DNA from: Schizochytrium sp. TIO01
Lineage: Eukaryota > Protista > Bigyra: Labyrinthulomycetes
DNA: 27,016 nucleotides
NCBI GenBank assembly: GCA_004764695.1
Contig: SMSO01000013.1
Coordinates: forward strand, 84,985-112,000
Reading direction: 5' to 3'
Notes under the pieces: generated by a model
What the model was told of the DNA's origin: nothing
Database searches by the model: none
What the model saw: only the letters and a program-made list of their open reading frames with translations
Position numbers and translations under genes: made by a program
Part shown: positions 1-8,959 of the stretch, one piece after another
Numbering within the stretch: the first letter of the stretch is position 1
How the letters are laid out: every line of letters begins with the position of its first letter

Positions 1-551
1 TAACCTAACCTAACCTAACCTAACCTAACCTAACCTAACCTAACCTACTAACCTAACCTAACCTAACCTAACCTAACCTAACCTAACCTAACCTAACCTA
101 ACCTAACCTAACCTAACCTAACCTAACCTAACCTAACCTAACCTAACCTAACCTAACCTAACCTAACCTAACCTAACCTAACCTAACCTAACCTAACCTA
201 ACCTAACCTAACCTAACCTAACCTAACCTAACCTAACCTAACCTAACCTAACCTAACCTAACCTAACCTAACCTAACCTTACCTAACCTAACCTAACCTT
301 ACCTAACCTTACCTAACCTTACCTAACCTTACCTAACCTTACCTAACCTTACCTAACCTTACCTAACCTTACCTAACCTTACCTAACCTTACCTAACCTT
401 ACCTAACCTTACCTAACCTTACCTAACCTTACCTAACCTTACCTAACCTTACCTAACCTTACCTAACCTTACCTAACCTTACCTAACCTTACCTAACCTT
501 ACCTAACCTTACCTAACCTTACCTAACCTTACCTAACCTTACCTAACCTTA
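1..551 (-). repeat. Telomeric repeat tract (TTAGG)n on the minus strand, with a proximal variant zone (TTAGG-TAAGG)n
   Basis: (TAACC)n from base 1 with one short unit at 46-48. First TTACC at 279. Strict TAACCTTACC alternation from 294 to 551. The C-rich strand at the 5' window edge is the expected orientation for a chromosome end. Confidence 0.97.
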
Positions 552-1272
552 TGATTGTTTATTATGGTTTGAGTATAAAAATATTTTCTTTTTAAATAAA
601 AAGTTTTTATGCGCCTGCTGGCATTCGTGGATATGGGAGACTTCAATAAGAACAATATATAATTTGATGGAAGTACTTATGTCTACTTTTGACAAGCGAT
701 AGCGAAGGTTGGTGACAACAAAGATCGGTTTAAACTTTAAGGCTTGTTGCTCTGCAACTTAGTTTCGGGTCTGCTGCCATCGAAGACTTTCTGCTTCGAT
801 TTTGCAGCATATAACTCGGACTCCTAGTGTTTACGCAATGTATTCACTAGTGCCTCGGACTTCTATTGTTTACCCAATGTAAACATTAGCAGCCATTTTC
901 TTTTCCCTCTCTCTGAGAGAAACTGGTCGGCTTTTGGAAGAAGACTCCTAGCCAGAGTCTTAGTCCAAGTACAAGCCGTCCCGCGTTGGTCAACAAGTCG
1001 AACGCCATCTGTCGTTCTTCCCGTGTCCAGCGAATCAACCGTCCGTCGTTCACCTCAGGTCCCCCCCTCTAATTAAGAGGGGACCTGAACTTTCTGAGGC
1101 ACACGGCTCACCAGCACCTCTTGCGTCAGACGTTTGCGCAGTGCCTCACTAGCCAGTCCAACAGTCGACCAGGTACTCAACTTACCTGCCGACTCTCTGA
1201 CTGGCTCTCGTGGCACGGAACCGGGTAACGGGACAGCAGCCCCGCAGGGACGTTCCTCTCTGTGCTCCGACA
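552..1272 (-). mobile_element. Probable 5'-truncated LTR retroelement relic (3' LTR about 552-1057, polypurine tract, end of an ORF)
   Basis: Minus strand: ORF stop (1073-1075), AGAGGGGGGG (1061-1070), ACC, then TGAGG...AATAAAACAATCA ending exactly at the telomeric TAAGG. Ends are TGA...TCA, and AATAAA lies near the 3' end. GC-richer than the flanks. No second LTR or recognisable domain. Confidence 0.5.
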
Positions 1273-4200
1273 ACTTTGTAAAACTATTCTCTCACCATAA
1301 TTCAATGTTGATCGTCGATGAGTTGTGAAGCATTCTAGTGGTGCTTGTAGAAAAGTACTAACTATTTGATTGATAGAGTGATGACACTACAAAGTTTCCC
1401 TTTTCTGGTGATGAGTAATATGAGAAACTAAGAAATAACTTTCAAAAGTTAATAAAAACAAAACCATAATTTTATTTTTTTTGAACGAACACATCTACCC
1501 GGTTGTAAATGTTTCAAGCTTTCCAATGGTACCACTGGATGATTAATATGTTATCTCATTGTTGAGAAAATGAACATTATACTAATCAATTTATTCTTTA
1601 TCCTGCTCACAAATAGAGTGACAACTTGGAGCTTCGTTTCTCCAGCTTGTAAGTTTGTTTTTTCTCATAAATCAAATACACGTATCTTAACAATTCATAA
1701 ACTATTGAATGGTGCTTGTAGAAAAGCTCTGTCTATTCTATTGATAAAGTTAGAACACTACTAAACTGAGCTTTTTCTCCTTATTAATAATATGATAGAC
1801 TAAGAAATATCTTTCAGAAGTTAATAAATACAAAACTATAATTTTAGTTTTTCTGAACCAGCACCTCTACACTGTTGTAAATGTTTCAAGCTTTCAAATG
1901 GTACCGCTCGATGATTAATATATTATCTCATTGTTGAGAAAATGAATATTATACTAATCAATTTATTCTTTATCCTGCTCACAAATAGAGTGACAACTTG
2001 GAGCTTCTTTTCTCAAGCTTGCAAGTATGTTTGTTCTCATAAATTGAATACACGCATCTTAACAATTCATGAGTTATCGAACGGTGCTTGTAGTAAAGCT
2101 CTGTCTATTATATTGATAAAGTTAGAATACTACTAAACTTGGTTCTTTCCTTTTTGAATAATATGAGAGACCAAAATTAAACTTTCTAAGGTCAGTAAAA
2201 CTATATATTAGAAGAATTGTTTCTGAGAAAACACATCTACCCTGTTGTAAATGTTTCCAGCGTTGCAATGGTACCACTCAATGATTAAAACATTGCTTCA
2301 TTGTTGAGATAATGAACTTATACTAATCAATTTTATTCTTTATCCTGCTCACAAATAGAGTGACAACTTGGAACTTTATTTCTCAAGCTTGCAAGAAGAG
2401 GTTTTTCTCATAAATCAAATACACGCATCTTAACAATTCATGAGCTATCGAATGGTGCTTGTAGTAAAGCTCTGTCTATTCTATTGATAAAGTTAGAACA
2501 CTACTAAACTTGGTTACTTCCCTCTATTAATAATATGAGAGACCAAAATTAAACTTTCAAAGGTCAGTAAAACTATATATTAAAAGTATTTTCTCTGAGA
2601 AAACACATCTACCCTGTTGTAAATTCAAACAGCTTCCTAATGGTACCACTCGATGATTAATATATGATCTCATTGTTGAGATATTGAATCTTATGCTTTT
2701 CAATTTACCCTTTATCCTGCTAATAAATAGAGTAACAACTTGGAGCTTTTTTACTCAAACTTGAAAAAAAAAATTCAATCATAAATCAAATGCGGGCATC
2801 TCAGCAATGAATTTTCTATCGATTGGTTCTTCTATAAAAGTTCTATTTACTCTTCTCATAGAGTTAAAACACTACTAAACCCAGTTCCTTCCCCCTATTA
2901 ATAATATTAAAGACTAAGAAATATCTTTCAAAGGTCAGTAAAAGCACATTTTAAGAATATTTCACCTGAGCAAACACATCTACCCTGTGGTAAATTGCAT
3001 CAGCTTTCCAACAGTACCCCTCCATGATTAATATATTGCTTCATTGTTGAGAAAATGAATCTTATACTAATCATTTTTTTCTTTATCCTGCCAACAAATA
3101 GAGTATCAACTTGGAGCTTCTTTTCTCAAACTTGAAAAACGTTTTTCTCTCATAAATCAAATGCGGCCATCTTAACAAGTAATTGGCTATCGAGTGGTTC
3201 TTCTAGAAAAGTTCTGCATACTCTACTCATAGAATTAAAACACTACTAAACTCGGTTCCTCCCCCTATTAATAATATGAGAAACAAAGAAATATCTTTCA
3301 AAAGTCAATAAAACATAATCATAATTTTATGTTTTTCTGAACCAACACATGCATCCTGTTGTAAATTGCAACAGCTTTCCAATGGTACCACTCCATGATT
3401 AATATATTGCTTCATTGTTGAGAAAATGAATCTTATACTAATCATTTTATTCTTTATCCTTCCAACAAATAGAGTAACAACTTAGAGCTTCTTTTCTCAA
3501 ACTTGAAAAAAGATTTTCTCTCATAAATCAAATGCGGCCATCTCAACAAGGAATGGGCTATCGAGTGTTTTTTCTAGAAAAGTTCTGTCTATTGTATTCA
3601 TAGAGTTAGAACACTACTAAACTCGATTCCTTCCCCCTATTAATAATATGAGAGACCAAAGAATAACTTTCGAAAGTCAATAAAAACATGAATAAAACTT
3701 TTATTTTTCTCAATCAACACATTTAACCTGTTGTAAATTTAAACAGCTTTCTAGCGGTACCACTCCATGATTAATGTATTGCTTCATTATTGAGAAAATG
3801 AATCTTATACTAATCATTTAATTCTTTCTTTTGTTATCAAACAGAGTAACAACTTAGAGCTTCTTTTCTCAAGCTCGCAAGAAGCTTTTCTCTCATAAAT
3901 CAAACGCGACCATCTCAACAATCCATGCGCTAATGAGTGGTGCTTCTAGAAAAGTTCTGCTTACTCCACTCATAGAGTTAAAACACTACTAACTCGGTTC
4001 CTTCCCCCTATTAATAATATGAGAGACAAAAAACAAACTTTCAAAGGTCAGTAAAACTATATGTTTAAAGTATTTTTTCGGAGAAATCACATATACCCTG
4101 TTGTAATTTCAAGCAGCTTTCCAATGGTACCACTCCATGATTTATATATTTCCCTGTTGTTGAAAAAATGCATCTTATACTAATCATTTATTTATTTCTT

Positions 4201-5349
4201 TTGTTATCAAATAGAGTGACAACTTAGAGCTTCTTTTCTCAAGCTTGCAAGAAGCTTTGCTCTCATAAATCAAACGCGACCATCTCAACAATCCATGCGC
4301 TATTGAGTGGTGCTTCTAGAAAACTGCTGCTTACTCTACTCATAGAGTTAAAACACTACTAAACTCGGTTCCTTCCCCCTATTAATAATATGAGACACAA
4401 AAAATAATCTTTCAAAGGTCAGTAGAAACACATTTTAAGAATATTTCAGCTAAGCAAACACATCAACCCTGTTGTAAATTGCCCCAGCTTTCCAACGGTA
4501 CCCCTCCATGATTAATATTTTTCCCCGTTGTTGAGAAAATGAATTTTATACTAGCCGTTCATTTCTCTATCCTGCTCACAAATAGAGTGACAACTTGGGG
4601 CTTTTTTTCTCCAGCTTGCAAGAACATTGTTTCTCATAAATCAAATGCACTCATGTTAACACTTCATAAACTATCGAATGATGTTTGTAGAAAAGCTCTG
4701 TCGATTGTATTTATAGAGATACAACACTACTAACCCAGTTCCTTCCCCCTATTAATAATATGAGAGACAAAAAAAATAACTTTTAAAGGTCAGTAAAATG
4801 CATGTTAAAAGTATTTTTTCTGAGAAAACACATTCAATCTGTTGTAAATTCAACCAGCTTTCCAATGGTACACTTCAATAATTAATATATTATCCCGTTG
4901 TTAAGAAAATGAATCTTATACTAACCATTTAATTCTCTGTCCTGCTCACAAACAGAATGATAACTTGGAGCTTCTTTTCTCAAGCTTGACAGGGTCTTCT
5001 TTCTCACAAATCAAATTCGGGCATCTCAGCAATTCATGTTCTATCACGAGGTGCCTATAGCAAAGTCCTTTCTATTCTATTCATAGAGTTAGAGCACTAC
5101 TAAACTCAGTTCTTTCTCCCTATTAATAATATAGGCGACTAACAAATAACTTTCAAAGGTCAGTAAAAATAACTTTTAAAACTATTTCGCCTGAGAAAAC
5201 ACATCTACCCTGTTGTAAATCTTAACAGCTTTCCAACGGTACCATCTGATGATTAATATCTTTCCCCGTTGTTGAGAACATGAACCTTGTATAAATTAAT
5301 GTATTATTTATTCTGTTCACAAATAGAGTAGCAACTTAGAGCTTCTTAT

Positions 5350-5577
5350 TATTGTTGGGAGCTATTATCTATATAAGGTACAGCGAAGCAGCAACATTCG
5401 GCTTAGTGCTAAGACCACCTTTTGGTTAAAATAATTAAAAGGTTTCTTACGTCTTGAGTTCGATTCCCGTCTCTTCTGTTTTTCTTTCCCTTTTCCCTCT
5501 ACTGTGGGAAACGCTTACCCGTGTTCCCACCTAATATAAGACCTGCATATAAGAACCGAGCAACAGTCCTCGCGACA
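5350..5577 (+). mobile_element. Solo LTR (228 bp) of the TRIM family
   Basis: Reverse complement of the LTRs at 6573-6800 and 6980-7207, with one difference seen (C at 5395). 5-bp target-site duplication CTTAT at 5345-5349 and 5578-5582. Interrupts a 370-bp unit. Confidence 0.95.
5399..5483 (+). promoter_or_regulatory. tRNA-like Pol III internal promoter motifs inside the TRIM LTR (also present, on the minus strand, in the other two LTR copies)
   Basis: A-box-like CGGCTTAGTGC (5399-5409), B-box-like AGTTCGATTCC (5457-5467), T5 at 5479-5483, and upstream TATATAA (5370-5376). Motif match only. Confidence 0.45.
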
Positions 5578-6572
5578 CTTATCTCAGGCTTGCAAGAAGA
5601 GATTCTCTCATAAATCAAATCCACCCACTTTAACTATTATTCAGCTATCAGGAAATGCTTGTAGCAAAGTTCTGACTATTATATGCCTAGAGTAAAAACA
5701 CTACTAAACTCGTTTCCTTCCCCATATTAATAATAAGAGAGACCAAGAAATAACTTTCAAAGGTCAGTAAAAACACATGGGAGATGTGTATTCTCAGCAA
5801 CAAATACTTTAACATGTTGCAAATTTCAGCAGTTTTCTGGTGATACTTGTGAAACATTAATATCTTTAGTGGTTAATGACATATTGTCCCTTGTGAGGAT
5901 CCATCAACTGCTTGTTTAAATAAAGTGATAACTAGGAGCTTCTTTTCGCAAGCTTGAAAACATATTTTTTCGCAACGATTATGACTATCTTGTGGTAACC
6001 ACGACGCACTTCCCGACGGTGCTTGTCAAAAAGACCTAACAATTTTATCAAGAAAGTTATAGCAGTACTAAGTTTAGTTCTTTTCTCTTATTAATAATAT
6101 AGAAGAGTAACATTTTCTTTTAAAAGTTCGAAAAATACTTTCAAAGATTTGTTTTTTCTCACTCATGCCATCATCCGTATTCTGTATTGCTTGCGCTTTC
6201 TACTGATCCAAATCTTTAAATGATCAATAAAGTAGTTATGGAGATAATGGGGTTTTGAAGAAGTGGGAGGCTGCTGCCAAACACCTGGAAGGGTATTTTC
6301 TCATAATTTTAGAATGATTTCCTCTTGAGAACTTCCACAGTACAGCTCTCCATAAATTGTCTGATCGAATGGTGCAAAAATAACATGTGTCTCTCAAGTA
6401 GTTGTCGAGAAAAGTTGTCTTTCTTTCTTTCGATAATCCATGAGTTGCCTGATAAAGTGATCACTTGGAGCTTCTTTCCGCAAGCTTGAAAAGATATTTT
6501 TTCGCAACGATTATGACTATCATGTGGTAAAACCGACGCAGGTCCCGTCAGTGCTTGTCAAAAAGATCTAGC

Positions 6573-7207
6573 TGTCGCGAGGACTGTTGCTCGGTTCTTA
6601 TATGCAGGTCTTATATTAGGTGGGAACACGGGTAAGCGTTTCCCACAGTAGAGGGAAAAGGGAAAGAAAAACAGAAGAGACGGGAATCGAACTCAAGACG
6701 TAAGAAACCTTTTAATTATTTTAACCAAAAGGTGGTCTTAGCACTAAGCCGAATATTGCTGCTTCGCTGTACCTTATATAGATAATAGCTCCCAACAATA
6801 CACCCCTTACGGACGTGAGAAACGATTTGTTCTTTCTGTGAAAGTTGAAGTTTATTAGTACGTACCACTGGAGCTATGACTGTGAATGTCCAGCTGGCGG
6901 ACACCCCTGACTGTGAGGGGGGTACGACTAAGCTTTTCACTACTCTACCCCAGAGTGCAAGCACTTTGGGCCCATAACCTGTCGCGAGGACTGTTGCTCG
7001 GTTCTTATATGCAGGTCTTATATTAGGTGGGAACACGGGTAAGCGTTTCCCACAGTAGAGGGAAAAGGGAAAGAAAAACAGAAGAGACGGGAATCGAACT
7101 CAAGACGTAAGAAACCTTTTAATTATTTTAACCAAAAGGTGGTCTTAGCACTAAGCCGAATATTGCTGCTTCGCTGTACCTTATATAGATAATAGCTCCC
7201 AACAATA
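6573..7207 (-). mobile_element. Complete TRIM (terminal-repeat retrotransposon in miniature), 635 bp, non-autonomous, copia/hemivirus-type priming
   Basis: Two 228-bp direct repeats identical by eye (6573-6800, 6980-7207) around a 179-bp internal region. TSD CTAGC (6568-6572, 7208-7212). PBS GGTTATGGGCCCA (6967-6979, minus strand). PPT AAGGGGTG (6801-6808, minus strand). Confidence 0.95.
6967..6979 (-). other. Primer-binding site complementary to the anticodon stem-loop of initiator tRNA-Met (half-tRNA priming)
   Basis: GGTTATGGGCCCA immediately follows the 5' LTR. This is the motif of the Drosophila copia PBS and resembles the yeast Ty5 PBS. Confidence 0.9.
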
Positions 7208-8490
7208 CTAGCTATTTTATCCAGAAAGTTACAACAGTACTAAATTTAGTTCTTTTCTCTATTAATAGTATGGAAGAGTAACATTTTCTTTTAAAAGTTC
7301 GAAAAATACTTTCAAAGATTTGTTTTTTCTCACACATGCCATCCTCCGTATTCTGTATTGCTTGCGCTTTCTACTGGTCCAAATCTTTAAATGATCAATA
7401 AAGTAGTTGTGGAGATAATGGGGTTTTGAAGAAGTGGGAGGCTGCTGCCAAATTCCTGGAAGGGTATTTTCTCATAATTTTAGAACGATTTCCCCTTGAG
7501 AACTTCAATAGTATAGCTCTCCATAAATTTGCTGATCGAATGGTGCAAAAATAACATGTGTCTTTCAAGTAGTTGTCGAGAAAATATGTCTTTCTTTCTT
7601 TCGATAATCCATCAGTTGTCTGATAAAGTGATCACTTGGAACTTCTTTCCGCAAGCTTGAAAACATATTCCTTCGCAATGATTATGACTATCCTGTGGTA
7701 ACAACGACGCACTTCCCGACGGTGCTTATCGAAAAGACCTAACAATTTTATCAAGAAAGTTATAGCAGTACTAAGTTTAGTTCTTTTCTCTTATTAATAA
7801 TATAGAAGAGTAACATTTTCTTTTAAAAGTTCGAAAAAATACTTTCAAAGATTTGTTTTTTCGCACTCCTGCCATCATCCGTATTCTGTATTACTTGCGC
7901 TTTCTACTGGTCCAAATCTTTAAATGATCAATAAAGTAGTTGTGGAGATAATGGGGTTTTGAAGAAGAGGGAGGCTGCTGCCAAATTCCTGGAAGGGTAT
8001 TTTCTCATAATTTTAGAATGATTTCCTCTTGAGAACTTCCACAGTACAGCTCTCCATAAATTGTCTGATCGAATGGTGCAAGAATAACATGTGTCTCTCA
8101 AGTAGTTGTCGAGAAAAGCTGTCTTTCTTTCTTTGTTCTCAGTTAAATTCAAAATAATTTCAAAAGATGGCAACTACGTAGGGGTCAAACTCAATGTTGC
8201 CAACGGTATTTTTCATTTCTGACACACCTATCCTATGCAAAATTGAATTTCCTATCCAATGATACCACTGTTATGGACCTCTCTTTGCTTGGTGTTGATA
8301 GAATACCCCTTTGTTCAAAATAATAGTATATTGAGAAAGACAGAGCGAGTTAAAAGAAACGCATTAACTATGATGTAGGGGTCTTCTGAGCTATCAATCA
8401 AAATATTTTTTACCTTTTGGGCTGCTACAATGCTCATACGCACTGACGGCTAGCTCGTAGTCCAAAAACGAAAATCATCGATCAACTCCT

Positions 8491-8959
8491 TTTTGTTGAA
8501 TGCTGTAGAGTGACAGAGACTCGAAAGGTTGTTTACTTTTTAGGTTGAGGTTGTATAGTTTGAGGTCTGCTGACATACTGCCGGCAGTGAAGAAGTTATT
8601 TCTACTCAGTCTCTGTTACACATGTCCTTTATTAGTGGCGGCCACCGAGCGGAAAACCGCAACTACTAGTGTTTAGTCCATGTGTCCCTTAGTGAGTATT
8701 TGTTTTCTTGATAAAGATTCTCCTACGTTCTTTGATACTTTTACAGTGGTATTATGGGTTAATACTCGTGTTCATGTATATAATTCACGAGCATTACCCT
8801 AACCCTACTACTGCAAAAGGTATAATAAGAAAGTTAAGAGATTCTTTGTTGTCCAATGCTTAACCTTTACCCTAACCCTACCTCTGTAAAAGGTATGATT
8901 AGAAAGGCAGGAGACTCCTTGTTATCCCGACTCGGGACCAACAATTCGTCTAGACAACA
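8491..8959 (-). repeat. 3' LTR of the copia element
   Basis: Direct repeat of 13972-14440. Minus strand reads TGTTGTCTAG...CAACAAAA and is preceded by the PPT. Confidence 0.95.

Larger units (their letters stand above)
1272..5920. repeat. Subtelomeric tandem array, ~370-bp AT-rich unit, about 12 copies (LORE-TEARS-like)
   Basis: Marker TATTAATAATA recurs at about 1782, 2526, 2896, 3266, 3638, 4009, 4380, 4751, 5121 and 5725 (after a 233-bp insertion), with variant copies near 1415 and 2156. CTTTCCAATGGTACCAC and GGTGCTTGTAGAAAAG recur with the same period. Confidence 0.95.
5921..8135. repeat. Second tandem family, ~532-bp unit, about 3 copies, partly homologous to the 370-bp unit
   Basis: Marker CGCAAGCTTGAAAA with its upstream AGTGAT(A/C)ACT block starts near 5924, 6456 and 7627. 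Spacing is 532, then 531 after removing the TRIM and its duplication (640 bp). Confidence 0.92.

Noticed and set aside
46-48. Short TAC unit in the distal telomere
   Set aside because: A single event at the contig edge, most likely a sequencing error.
1570-4733. Three similar 64-aa ORFs (MNIILINLFF...)
   Set aside because: They are by-products of the 370-bp repeat. The frame is broken in most units, and I saw no domain or splice pattern.
5391-5483. A true tRNA gene in the TRIM LTR
   Set aside because: No acceptor stem or canonical 7-nt anticodon loop; kept only as promoter-like motifs.
6716-7036. 106-aa ORF across the TRIM
   Set aside because: It uses a non-ATG start, spans LTR, PBS, PPT and LTR, and has no retroelement protein motifs.
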